From Callorhinchus milii (lineage: Eukaryota), in NCBI RefSeq assembly GCF_018977255.1, contig NW_024704745.1:25978001-26042000 (forward strand): a DNA stretch of 64,000 bases, given 5' to 3'. Each line of letters begins with the position of its first letter. The first letter of the stretch is position 1. A program made the position numbers and the translations under genes. The notes below the pieces were generated by a model. The model had not been told where the DNA came from. It ran no database searches and saw only the letters and a program-made list of their open reading frames with translations. Positions 12,857 to 26,153 of this stretch are shown here, piece after piece.

Positions 12857-12970
12857 ATAGCATCATTACTGTAATGTGTTCAGGTGAAAATGTCACATGC
12901 CATAACTGATTCCTTTATGAAATGTTACATTTTTCCATTCTTTCTTAAAACCTGGCTGTGGAAATGAACA

Positions 12971-13400
12971 AAATAATAATAATCCTTGCATTTGGAGTCT
13001 CGCAAGCAAGAGGCCCCAGCTTCGATTTCCAGGCAGGGCAAAACCTTAGACAAGTTTCCTTACTCTTTTTAATAGCAGTAAGTAGGAACCCAGTTGTTCA
13101 GCGATTGGTGGATCGCTTTCCTGAGATAATAATCCCTTCAAAAAAAATTGGTCACTCAATCCATGATAGTATGTGGGACATTGCTGTGTGCAATTGGCTG
13201 CCACGTTTCGCCATTAAAATATATAGTCAATTCACTTCACAGTATAGTATATTCAACGGCGTGATAAGGTGCTATATCAGATGCAAGGATTATTATTACT
13301 ATTATTTGATACAGCACCTTATCACATTGTCAAGATGTTTCAAGGCACTTCACAGAACATACTGTAAAGTGATGTGGTTGTGTGTATTTTGTGGGCAAAT
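12971..13400. mobile_element. Plus-strand family A SINE (12995-13303) inserted into the tail of a minus-strand SINE
   Basis: Host tail AATCCTTGC/ATTTG/ATACAGCACC is split, with ATTTG duplicated at 12990-12994 and 13304-13308. Confidence 0.85.
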
Positions 13401-16400
13401 TTAAAAATAAAGTTAATTTTTTTTAAAAAGGGAACAGAGTAAAATTAGAAAACAAAAATAGGATAATTGACAATTGGCTTTGACTTCGGCACAGCAGTTT
13501 GCTCTAAACAACCACTTCAAACATCCTGCTGCCATTTTGAATATTGGTCTCTCGGCCCCAATTTCTCTTGTTTTGATCCTGGAGCCATTATTTGAATGCT
13601 CCATTATTGGATATTCTCTGAGTTAAGTCTGTACCCTATTTTTAGCTGAACTCAGAAACTGATTTTTGTGATTGGGAGCAAGAACAGAACACCGACATTT
13701 CTGGATGCAAAACTATGCAGAGCCTGGGGCCAATCAAATTAAAATCAAATAGTTTTAAACTCTATCCATCCTTCCCATATTGAATCATTTTGAGGCATCT
13801 TGAAGATGTGATAAGGCACTATATCAAATGCAAGTATTATTATTATTGCCCATTTAGTCCTATTTTTATTTTGTTCCCAAATCTTACTTAATTTTTTTTA
13901 TTTTAACTTTATTTTTAAGCATTTTTTGTCTTTGCTAATGATTTTATTTGTTTTTCCAACTTTTCCCAACATTAGAAAACTTTTTCTATGGGTTTACTCC
14001 TCCCACCTTCTATTTTGGAAGCAGAAGTACAAGAATCTATTGTTAAAATCTTCTTTCCATTGACTGAAACCAGGTCCATCAAGCAGTACAGATTGATTTC
14101 CTCTACCAGAACAACACGATACAGACTAGAAAGCACAATTATTTCTGGAATATCATGGAACACATTTCAACTTGTCTCCCCCTGTTGGAGATCAGATACA
14201 CACTGAGCAAAGACTGGCAGAAAATTCAGTCATGCTTATCTAGACTATAAGAGGTTTTATATATAACCACAATTAAAGTTCCAGTTATAATGATACCAGA
14301 TATGAAATGCATAAATAATTAAAGAATTAATGGGGAGAGGAGAGACACATCAACTGTCTGAGCCAATATTAAAAGACCTTAAACTAGAGAAGTAGTGCTG
14401 ATGAGAACCAACTCTGAAGTGATGGTCAAGGCCTGAGATGTGCTTTCAGGGCAGAAGATTAACAATGCTCATTGTTTAGATTGCTTTTAGTCCCCTGTGA
14501 TTGTCTGATCTGTGGCCTGCCTGCCTGTAGTGAGCACAGGTAATCTTGCCTTCTTATGTCTCAAAGAGCTGCTATGTTTTATCCAAGTAGCACTACATTT
14601 GTACTTGGCAACAAAAAGTACTTGAAGTTCTGCCCTAGACAGGTCGGTTTGAACCTCAAGAAGGATTTGTTACAGATCCATCATTGTTAGGAGTTTGAAA
14701 TACCTGTATACAGGTATAATTGAATTAGCTTCATATTAACTGGATTGAAAATGGATTAATACACCAAAACTTCTGCAACATTTTGTTTAAAGAATAAGGC
14801 ACGAACGTACAGCAAAAGTATTCTTATTTCATGATGCAACTTCAGGCTTTATGATTAGCTGGTGTTAATTCCCATGACATCGCATGAGTATTGTCACTTG
14901 AGCACAGTTCACTGTCAGTTTCACACATGTCAAATGTGAGGTTTTATTTTCCCTGGTATGAAACATCCACATTAGGCTTTGTACAAAGATTGTACATAGG
15001 CTTTTTGTAACCTTTACCGATTGAAATAGAATAATAATTGCCACAACATATACCCAAATTTAATTTGCCTTTATATTTAACTGTAATAAACACACAATCA
15101 CTGCACTTTTTAATATATTCTGTGAAGTGCTTTGGGATATCCTCCTGATGTGAAAGGTGCATTACCAAATATAAGGATTAGTCGACTTACTTTGGAATTT
15201 TAAATACAGTACTTTATTGTTTACCCATAATAAAGCATGTAGACCTTTATTTGTTTTATAGTCATCAAGTAGGTCTATAAAAAGTGATAATTGTATTTTA
15301 TAATTAAGCATCCCCAATAAGGATTAAGAGTATTGAGTTCTACAAAGCTGAAGTGCATTTCAAATGCCTTTGTATGTTTTGTAAGATTACTTTATAATGC
15401 TAGATTCAGTAAAGCATTGACTTCCTTCAGATGATTTCAATCTTAGTTGTAACATCACTGAGGGGGTTTGAATGAAACGTGAATAAATGAATGCTCAGCT
15501 TTGACTGGCATACCTATTTCCATTGCTAAGCTTTGCCAGGCACTACTCACTCAATAGCAATGACCGGAATTGTATTGATTAACACTCACTTTTACATTGG
15601 AATGACTTTACCAATGTCTCTCAAATGAGTAAAAATCTCAGCCAGCAGTTTTTACATAATTGTTAAGAAGTTTAACTATTGGTTGGGCTAACTTTGTAAG
15701 TGGTTCTGGCGCTGTTGGACTTACAGCACTGTCATCTTAATAACTGTTTTTCAATGCAGCCAATAATTTAGTAGACTTAGTTTCCTAAATTCAGAGACAA
15801 AAGTTGTTCCCCCTCCATACCCCACAGTAATGTTCTGCATTGTGAACCTCGAGGATTACAAGTAATTTATTTTTCTTTTGTTAAACACTCATCAAAGCAA
15901 GGAATGATAGATCTGACCAATTTAAACATTTTCTCCATTTTGTATCCAGTGATAGACAATTTATCTGCAAAATTAGCAGCAGAAAAGCATTTTCCCCTGC
16001 CGCTGAGATCACCAGAAGTTGACAAAAAATCCATTTTATTACTAATTTTATTTTCTTGTTCTCCCTGGATTTCCAAAGGAGTTCTCCAGTCCCTGCTTGA
16101 AAGAGCAAGCCGGCAGCTTCTTTACAGCTCTTTGTTAATGACGTTTGATACCTGCAGACACTGGGAGTAGAGGAAACCCATTTTGCTGTGTACTCATGCA
16201 GGACTCATCGCCTCCACTCAATATGTTTTGCAGATTTGTCCATGTTCACTTCTAATTAATTCCAGTGTAATTTTAAAATATAAATAAAATGATCTAAAAA
16301 GAGATGTGGGGAAGGGGTGGAATGCATCATGTGATATCACTAGTGATAATTATTGAACACAAGCAAAGTTAAACTAGGTCAATAGTTATCACTGGACTTG

Positions 16401-16554
16401 AGGGTGAATCTTCTTTGATTGCCAGTGCTAATATCTCATGTCACATTCCACTTCTCATTTTGAGATGTTACTGGTTATTTATAACACCACACAACTAATC
16501 AGAGGAAAGTATTTAGCTCACATTAATCAATTCAGGAACAGAAACTGTGTTTTT

Positions 16555-16650
16555 GTGCACAGCAATGCCCCACAAAAAAACATAAAGTGAATGACCAATT
16601 TGATTTGGAGGATTTTATCTGTTGACCAGGACATTGGTAACAATTTCCTG
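16555..16650 (-). mobile_element. Deu-SINE internal fragment
   Basis: GTGCACAGCAATGCCCCACAAA...GAATGACCAATTT...GTTGACCAGGACATTGG. Confidence 0.7.
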
Positions 16651-18091
16651 TAAGGAGTGCATGATGGAGTTGTAACGGATGATCCTAAATGGATTGATTC
16701 TGTGATACTAGTTGAGTAGATTAGCTGCCTTGCAGGCAAAGCTAAACTATACCTAAGACCAAAATGTTGCCCAGCTCAGATCAAAAACATGAGCAAACTA
16801 CTTTTTAAAAAAAGACTCAGATGAGGATCCAAAGACTCTCAGGATAAAAGTTCATTAATGATCAGATTGTATCTGGTCCATTTGTCTTTGCTCTTTGTTG
16901 TAGATGTGAGCTAATTTTCAGATTTAAACTGAGTTTATTAACCTCTTACTGTAGAAGTAGATTTACTGAAAGCACAACTGCTGGTGTCCAGTTCATTAGT
17001 CTATGGTAGTTTATTTCTGTCGTATCTCAAACCAAGTTACAGCCAGGCAATGAATAAATTTGTTCTAACTCCTCATCAGTCTCACTGATTTGCAAAGAAT
17101 CATCATAAGATAAGGAAGGAGGGGTAGTCTAATTTTGTCAGTAGTTTTACCAGCCTCTAGCAGTGAGTATTTATCATTCTTTGCTCGTCGACCTGACATA
17201 AGGAAGTGCAATTATTATGTTCTAAGATTGCAATGCCAAATGATGGTAATCTTACCGACAAGTGGAGATTAACCTGCTAAGATTAGCCCTTCAGTGACAC
17301 ATATATTGAGGCAGAATCCCATTTCTTACCGTTGAGGGACAAGTGGAAGGTTACACATTAAAATATGACAACACTGTACTTGAGGATATGCTACTGCAAG
17401 AACATGATTCACTTATGACCTCTGACAGTTGTCAGGGAGAAGCTACTTTTATCTCTCTTTAATGGACTTAAATATAGTCTTTAGCGATAAGAGGAAATGA
17501 CTGACACTAATACCATAGCCAGCTGTGTCACCAATTTCTCAATAATTTTCAAATGGATACACTTGCATACAAACCAGAGCTGTGTTGTATATTCAGAATT
17601 TTAAATAGGATAGGATTCTGAAGCAGTGGAAATTTTTTTTGACACCATTCTCCGAGCAAAACAATTCTGTACCTTCATAATTATTCTGTGGTACAAGGCA
17701 TAATTATCAACATTATTTCAAAATTATGTCATTTATAATAATGATAATACAGTAATCATTACATTTGATACAACATCAAAACGTCTCAAATTGCCTCACT
17801 GGTGATTGCTGTTAATTGTAGTGACTGTATATTTGTAGGTAAACATAGCAATCAATTTGCATATAGGAAACAATGTGCCATTGAAGATTCATGCATTAGA
17901 AACTGGAAAGTCTCGGGGTGATGGGCGTTTTATTAGCCTAAATGCAGGATCATGACACATAAAAAAGTGTACAAATTAACATACTCACACATACTTTCAG
18001 GAGCTGTGAAATTTAATGGTGAGGATAGGAAATCAATTTATTTTACTTTGAAATGGGGTGGAACAAGTTTGTCAACTTTCGGAGTAGAGTG

Positions 18092-18322
18092 GTTCAGCGC
18101 CTTGGGACGTACTCCCAATGTGAAATGCGCTTTAAAAAAAATATTTTGTTGTTGTTGTTGTTGTTGTATGTGATGTGATAATTCTTACTGAACAACTTTT
18201 GAGTTCAGCCTGTATTCTACAAAGTAGCAATAAACTACCACAAGGAACAATAATAATAACAAGATTATATTTGTATAGCGCCTTTCATGTAGGGAGGACG
18301 TCCCAAGGCACTGGACAGTGTA
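18092..18322. mobile_element. Two convergent L2 tail-only insertions (18092-18166 plus; 18246-18322 minus)
   Basis: GCGCCTTGGGACGTACTCCCAATGTGAAATGCGC(TTG)n, then the reverse-complement tail about 80 bp downstream. Confidence 0.85.
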
Positions 18323-18619
18323 ACGGCTGCCAGCAGCTTCAGATAGCTTTGGGCCAAATTATTGTCTCAAACTCTGGGGGTATTCCCACTGAAAGCAATT
18401 CAGCCAAATAATGACGATTGTTTAAGATTTCAATTTTAGGCAATCCGATAACACACTCTCACCCTGCAATTGTGTGCTGTATCCTGTGACACAATGTTTA
18501 GTTTGTTCTTGCGTAGACATTGTTAGATGTGCATGTTGCAGCCAATGATTTCCAGTTGAAAAAAATAAGTGCAACAACAACCAGTCTTTCTTGGGAAAGA
18601 AGGTTGTATTGGATAAGTG

Positions 18620-18915
18620 AATGGGGCAGGAGTTACCCCGAGAGATGGATCCATCAGAGTTATTTCAATTTCTCCATTGAGCAATGTTTAAGGCTACTAA
18701 AGTTACCCATCACAGAACTTTACGAACCTTATCCGTCATGAACTTCAAACACAGAGTGCTATAAGCCAGCCTTGCCTGTTGAGATCAGGCTCACTGTAGC
18801 TCTGAACATTTATGTATCTGGTTTATTTCAAGACCCTTTGGATAACATGAAAGGGGTTAGTCACAGTGTCCTATTTAGGACAGTTGTCAAATCACTAAGG
18901 CTCTGCATTCTATTG
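18620..18915 (+). mobile_element. Degenerate PIF/Harbinger (HARBI1-like) transposase N-terminal fragment
   Basis: SYFNFSIEQCLRLLK, then LPVEIRLTVALNIYVSGLFQ....KGVSHS, matching the Harbinger motif LPxxxxxxxALxFYAxGSFQ....GxSQ; frameshifted. Confidence 0.75.
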
Positions 18916-19202
18916 CATCTTAATACATTCATTTTACTTACAGACATCAGGCACTGACTCTTAATCCAATGCTTCTACTGAAGAGAAAAGACTCCATGGT
19001 GAAAAATTAAATTTATGATATAATAGAAATCAATCTTTGATGGGAAGAATATCACTTGGCATTTACATATCACCTCTTATGTCTCTGGTTCCACACAATA
19101 CACATTTTGTCTGCTTCATTGGTTTCAATTTTGTTTCTAAATGTGCATAAAACCAAATCAAAGGATAACATCGCATATGCACTAGAACCATGTTCAATAG
19201 TA

Positions 19203-19640
19203 TGTGTTAGCCTGGCTCAGTTGGTAGCACTCTCACCTCTGCATCAGAAGGTTGTGGGTTGAAGCCATATGGCAGAATTTGGATCTGATTCAGGCTAGGC
19301 TGACAATCCGAGGCTAGGCTGGGGATGTGATGCATTGTTGGAGCAGCCATCTTTTGGATGGGATGTTAAATTGAGGCCCCGTTTGCCTGTTCAGTGGATG
19401 TTAAAGATCCCATTGCACTATTTGAAAAGCAAAGGGAGTTTCTCCCACTGTCCTGGCCAACAATCCTCCAAATAAAATTGGTCATTCATTTCATGACTGT
19501 TTGTGAGACATTGCTGTGTGAAATTGGGATGTCACATTTGCCCGCAAATATACAGACACACCATTTCACAGTAAATTCTGTGAAATGCTTCAAGACGTCC
19601 TTCTGATAAGTCGCTATTCCAAATGCAAGGATGATTTTTA
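19203..19640 (+). mobile_element. Full-length Deu-SINE (SacSINE1/AmnSINE1-like)
   Basis: tRNA head GCCTGGCTCAGTTGGTAGCACTCTCACCTCTG, Deu domain GTGGATGTTAAAGATCCCATTGCACTATTTGAA...GGGAGTTTCTCCC..TGTCCTGGCCAAC, and a tail ending AAATGCAAGGAT. Confidence 0.9.
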
Positions 19641-22429
19641 TTGGAATCTAAACTACAGAGAATATGCAAAACTGTACATAACATATTTATTATATATCAT
19701 TTTTTGACTCAACAATATTATATTATAGCTGATAGTATAGAACTCATTCATCAATGGGATTAGTGTCCCATCCTAACTCCCACTTTAGCAGATCAACATC
19801 CAAATACAAATGGGAAAATAAATATTGCCTGTAAGAGGGTCAAAAAATAGTTGTGCAAGGACCCGTAGAAGAACAAACCACTTACCAAAAGAGTGGTGCA
19901 CACCTTCTAGTAGTTATCAAGCATTCCTTAAGTAAGAAAAGGAATGCTCTAAAATTACTGCACTTTTTATTCTTTCATTTCAGAAAAATCTACTTTTTTC
20001 AAAAAAAGGCAGCCAAAGTGAGCTACAAGACCAATTCCTAGAGAGTGGCATACCATTTAGTGGCAGTTATCAAACATTTCTTAACTACCACTTGTGAACC
20101 CTAAATAAGTTGTAAAATCCACCACACTGTTATGGGGATAAATACAGGTACATACTGTATAAACTATTCACTCAGCCAGCATGAGTAAAGTGACTGGGAG
20201 ACCACAATTCCACCTAGATCAAGATGTTCACTATTTTCAAAGCTTTTCATTGTGTTCAAAACTTAACATGTTCTTTAGACCTACATCAGAATTAAGAAAA
20301 TAAAATTTCAGAATTTGCCAAGTTTTGAATACTGAGATGTTAAGAAAATAGTGCAAGTCTAGACCTTTGTGGAATTTCTCCCTGAGATTTCTAGTCTAAA
20401 CTAAACAGCCTCTTAATCAACATGCTTTAAAAAAATAAAACTCTCTCTTTTCTGCCTAATTAAAACAATTGGCCTGACAAACCAGACTTGAAGATTAGGA
20501 GATTGGACAGAAGTAACATCAGATTTCAGCTTGTGTAACTAGAGATTTGGTTAATTATAAAATTAAACACCCGGACCATCTATTATATACAATCAAAGCA
20601 GTCCAAGATGGTTAATATTTTACATTTACAGGCTCCAACCATTTTTAATCAACCTAGTTCTGTAACTATTTTCAATTAATCACTGAAATTATTAGGCTTG
20701 GTCAAGTCATTTTATTAATTTATTAAACTTGCAATATATCTTTAATCCTCAAAAGATGGATCATAAGATATTATTGAACCATGATTGCCATAAGAGCAAT
20801 GCCATGTTTTGGCTTCTGATTCTGATATTTTTTGTGTGTCTGTGACACTGATTATTTCAAAGTCCCCAAGCTTCAGAAATTGATTTCAGTTATCCTATTG
20901 GGCACACTGAACCAGCACTGATGTCTTCCTCATTCCACAATTTTTTTAAAAATGAACGTTCTAAGATTGCTAAAGATGGATTGGGCCTGAATTTAACATT
21001 GAAATACTACTCTTTTTTAAATATTTATATGGACAACAATTATAACACTTTTCATACAACCCTAAATGGATATATGGGAAAAAAAATGTTTGTTTTAGGT
21101 ATTTTTCTGTGAAATCGGGAGAACAGTCCTGAATAGCAAGAGACTGACAAGAGCAAGAAATGTATATCCCAGTGTTTTACTAGGCAGTCAGTCTATAGGT
21201 GGAGATCTAACAGTAGAAATGGGCTTGGGATTTTGAATAACGTGAAACATCTATTACAATGTCTGTGTATGCTATAAAATGGGTACAGCCCTACCCTGAC
21301 TATTTAGTAGAATTTATTGCTCTAAGATAATAAATAAGCTTTTCAACAGTAACTACACATTCTAATAACCACTGGAAAATGCATTGTCACACTTTGTCCA
21401 CAAAGGTTCTGAGAAACCTAATGCAAAGATTAATAATATATTTTTCCAGTAATATTAAAGAACATTGGCAAGTTCACTCTCATTTTATTCAAGACTGATT
21501 GTTTAAGACATTACATATTATTTTTATTTTTTACAGTTTTGATTCATTCCTACAGATTAATTTTTATGCCACAATTCACCAATTTCACGTTACTAATCAC
21601 TGAATAAACATGATATGCAGCACCTAATACCTGGAAGTATTATATGCAGTAAGAATGAGAAACAGGTGTTGGCCTGTGGTTTTTCACCCAATAATCTCAT
21701 TTAGAAACTCATTAATAGAACACAGCAACTCTGAGGAGTCAAAGTTACATTTTAATGTTTTAACTATTTTAGACTAATGCACCATTCCTTCAAACAGACA
21801 GGTCTTACTAACTCCTAAGTGATTTTCATTCCAGGAAACCTGTGTCAACATGATTGCATGGATTAACATTCAGTCAACCAGATCGCATAAGGCCTCTTAA
21901 ATCCACAGTACTAATGTGCTCCCAGTATATCAGGGATTGCCATTATTTGCACAGTTGTCTCCTAGACTTGCAGCTTTGGAGTCAACCAGTGATTGTATAG
22001 CTCGTCTTGCTTTTTACAGAGAAATTGCTTTAACTAGCTATCTTATCAAATTCCTCTTCCAATGATTTGTATGCTGGACTTGTCATTACTATTCTTATCA
22101 AATGAATAGTTAAGATACTAAAACTCCTGACAAGATGAGAGCCCAATTTTCAACAATTCATCACGCAGTTACATGCAGTAATTTGTAAAGTTGCATTTTG
22201 AAAGTGAGAGGATGATTCAAATGAATGACTCCAACCATTAAAGTTTCGGGAAAAAATAGTGGCAGATATTTGAAGGGATTTGAAGCAAAAATTCAACAAC
22301 TTTCCACCCTCTAATGTTCCTTTTTTCCTCTCTTCATTTTCTGTGATACAGTGTCATGTTAGCATTTCACCCAATTGTTGATGTGTGAGAATTGACAGGA
22401 TATTTGACCATGGGGAACATCAGATCCAA

Positions 22430-22625
22430 ACCTGTCTTCATTCCAATGTCACTGTTCAGCAGGACGACCTGACTGATTCCTCCCCTTCTTTCACTAACTC
22501 AAGAGCACTGGCACCTAAAAGCTACCCTGCTAGAGATCCGCCCACTCACTCAACACAGACCCAGATTTGAACTTGCAATTTTCTGGTCTGTATGGTTGGG
22601 TGATTGCACTTTTACCCACAAGACC
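22430..22625 (-). mobile_element. Old tRNA-derived SINE of another family
   Basis: Reverse complement contains TACAGACCAGAAAATTGCAAGTTCAAATCTGGGTCTGTGTTGAGT (B-box-like head). Confidence 0.5.
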
Positions 22626-22784
22626 ATCAAAGGCAATTAATATTTCATCTTCATTTTGCTGTATTAGACATCTCTTCCTGTGACCGAATCCAGTGAAATT
22701 TATATATTTGATTAGCAATGCTCTATGTTTGTGCAAAAGTGCAATTAAATTGAATTTAATTTTCAAGTTTTTTTCAATTTTCAT

Positions 22785-23097
22785 CAGCTTGACAACACTT
22801 TCACCTCTAAGCCAGAAGGTGGTGGGCTCAGTATCCACATCAGACTTTGAACTCACAGGCTAGGCTGACACTCCAGTCCAGTGCTAGGCGGAGTCCGGCA
22901 TTGCCAGCGGTGCCGTCCCTTAGATGTGTGGTCCTGTCTGCTGTTCAAGTGAATGTTAAAGATTCAGTATTATTATTCAAAAAGAGAAGGGAGTTTTTCT
23001 CAGTATCCTGGCCAACAAACCTCCTAAACATTGCTAATTCAGGTGATGACTATTGATGCACTATTGCTTTGTGCAAGTTGGCTGCTTTTGCTCACAA
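22785..23097 (+). mobile_element. Deu-SINE, diverged
   Basis: TTCACCTCTAAGCCAGAAGGT head, TAGGCTGACACTCCAGT, GAATGTTAAAGATTC...TCCTGGCCAAC. Confidence 0.85.
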
Positions 23098-23229
23098 AAT
23101 TCCCCTTTATATAGTAAATGTTTTGTTAATGCTTCTGTGTGATATTACATTTTCAAGCTCCTTTCTACCAAATCCTCTTTTTTGGACATTAGTCAGGTAA
23201 CAGTTTGCATATGCAGATCATATGTTTCC

Positions 23230-23589
23230 TGTGCATCACAGGAATTTACTGTTAAGTGCAAACACTATGTATTTTATAGGCAAAACATAGCAGGCAATTT
23301 GAGTGCAGTAATTTCCCACAAAAAGCCATGAAGTGAATAACCATTTATTTCTAGAGGATTGGTGGACTTCAGGAGAAACTTCCTTTTCTTTTTGAAAAGT
23401 GCCATGGGATATTTAACAACCTGAACAGGCAGGCAAGATCTCTGTTTAACATTACATCTAAAAGACAGCATCTCCAATGATGCAATGCTTCCCCAGCACC
23501 GCACTCAAGTGTCAGTCTTGACTATATGAGTTCAAAATCCCAATGTCTGACTCAGAGATGAAAGTGCTATCAAGAGAACCGGGCTGACA
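23230..23589 (-). mobile_element. Deu-SINE, diverged
   Basis: Antisense Deu domain GTGCCATGGGATATTTAAC..CCTGAACAGGC and head GATGAAAGTGCTATCAA...GGCTGACA. Confidence 0.85.
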
Positions 23590-24677
23590 AACAATGCAAA
23601 AACTTGAATAAATAAGCAAACTTGGTATATTTTACTAAACGAAGGAAGCTTTTCACACCACTATGTTAATCAACATGATACATATGGATCTTTAAACTCA
23701 AGAGCTAAACCCAGGCAGAGTTTCCAGTGCCTGTGATTTTATTTCCTGATTTCCTGGAAAAGTGCTGGATATATCATTTTATAATGTGATTTTTTTTAAT
23801 AGCCAAACATAATCAAAATCCAGTAATAGTAACTGCCTCTTGTTTCTCCATCCATAAATCTATCTTGTTTAGTCCTGAGAAAGTGACGGATTGAGTGTGC
23901 AACAGTGATAGATGTTGCTGGGACCGTAGTTGTGTTATGGCACAAAATAAACAACAATGTTCTCTGTACTGATATGGGGAGTTGTTGGGCAATTAGTTCA
24001 AGATAACAGCTTCTGGGCTCAAACTAACAATCCTGGATACATTTGATCTAGAATGAGCTATTTTGCTAGTCACATTTATGATAACTCTTAATACAAAATA
24101 ATCTAGAGGAATACAAAGAAAAAAAAAGTGAATAACAAATGTACAACAGGAATACAAAATGAAGGTGGCTTGTAGTAACGTTATTGAACAAGCGTGGTAT
24201 GAGGTGTTGTAAGGATTAACTCAGCAGTGCAAGTTATTCACATTTACTCAGGGGACTGACAGGGAAATTCACACTTAGCTGAAGTGTGAAAAGCTTTTGG
24301 TCTGTTGCCACATTAAACCCAGGCAAGTTACAGCAAAGATGAAGTTGCATAACTGGAAAAATCTGCACAATGTCAAAGACACTCTGCAGTAACAGAGAGT
24401 GACCAATTATATTGGGAAGAACAGGAAATGGATATGATCTTCACATTATTCTGAAAAGTACCTTTATGAATAACTTGAATAACTGTATGATAACTTGATA
24501 TGTAATTGCTTGGTGTCTAGAATGGCAGTTCAGGTTTTGTCTTTACCTGTATATTCAGTTGGTTAGTGCTTCTGATTTCGAATGGGTGAATCAGAAACAC
24601 AGCATTGAAATACAGTAGATTCTTCCTTTAATACCTCATTATTATTTGTAAGTGAATTCACAAATAACTTATATAAC

Positions 24678-24930
24678 TTAATAATAATAATAATCCTTGC
24701 ATTATATAGTACCTTATCACATCTTTGAGATGTCTCAACGCGCTTCATAGAATATACTGTAAAATGAATTGATTGTACATTTTGTGGGCGAAACACGGCA
24801 GCCAATTGCACATGGCAGTGTCCCACAAACAATTGTGGATTGATTGATCAAATTATTATTTTTTTGAAGGGATTATTACCCCCAGAAAAGCGATCCGCTT
24901 ATTGACTAACAACTGGGTTCCTACTTAACT
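24678..24930 (-). mobile_element. Family A SINE, long subfamily, 5'-truncated
   Basis: (TAA)n tail, Deu-like core and the CCCAGAAAAGCGATCCGC...CTGGGTTCCTACTTA long-subfamily segment. Confidence 0.88.
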
Positions 24931-26153
24931 TTGTTGTTTATAGATAGATTTCCAATTAGGGGCATGTTTGTCGCTGTGTAACCTCTGGCACATTCACCTT
25001 TCAAGCACAACTCCATAACCTACTGATTTCTTAACCTTCTTGAAATTAATCTGACATTATCTGAAACATTTCATAGAAAAGGTCAGTCTTGTAGGCGTAG
25101 CGATAACTATTCTGAGTCAAGTCATTTTCTTTTTGTTGTGTGACAGATGGTGATTACCCTGCGGCTGATTACCTGAAGTATAAAGCAATCATTCTGATTT
25201 AAACCCATTGCAATTTGCTATGAAAGTCACAAACAAAATTCTGGCTCCAGATCAAAGATAGATAACTCAGAGGTCTATACTGATGTCTAGTATAATTTCC
25301 TTGCAAAGATTAAATTTCTGGAAAGATACACACAATTTGAATTACATTCCCAAAGCAAAGTAAATAGCAATCCACACTTTTTTAAAAAGAATAAAATTGT
25401 AGATATAAAATAAAGAACATTGAGAATAAGAGAGAACTATTGAAACAATCATTTAGAATTTCCCAGCTATTTTAGTAATTACTCAGAGTCAGAACAATGG
25501 CTTCAGTAACAAGCTACTGAGTCCCAATACATACAAGACAGTAAGAATTATTCAATTATATCCATCATGTTGGTTAGTTTATTTTTTTAAAGATTCAGAT
25601 AAATCCTACTTTTTAGTCAAATGCAGTAAAAAAGGTAGAATTAGTACACTATTCAATGAAATCAAGGAATATACTATATTCAGACTTCTAATAGAAAGTG
25701 AACTCTGGAAGTTCACTGACTGTATACTCAGTAATCTGAATGTGACCTTCAACCATTTGAAAATGCCTGAAGCGAATTGTGGAAGTTTGGTGTCAAGATT
25801 GCTTCCAGTCCTCCAAAGAAGACCCACAATGCCTTGTCAGTTTCAGCTATGGTGAAAGCACCATTTGCTTGTCGCAAGCAATTTTTCTTGCTGTCCATGA
25901 CAGCTATTTAAAAAACAGACAAAAACAAAGGATGTAGACCAGGATATGTACATTCATCACTGCTCAAACAGCTGAAAGCATTTGGACAAAACTTCAATAG
26001 CTTGGCCCTGTTTGCATTTATCAACATTTTTATTTTTTAACTTTTTTTAATCTTTTTATCTTCCTCAACTATACGAGACTGATGTTTTTAAACTTATCTT
26101 GATTTCATTTTTTACCTGGCACGAACGTTTTCCACAAGAAGCTTGAACCTCAT

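Noticed and set aside
12958-13404. 148-aa ORF and other ORFs containing WDIAVCNWL or IIIII
   Set aside because: Translations of SINE sequence and (TTA)n tails
14398-14425. CTGATGAG...GAA hammerhead-like string (also 60661 and antisense near 22780)
   Set aside because: No stem II or properly placed GAAA with flanking helices
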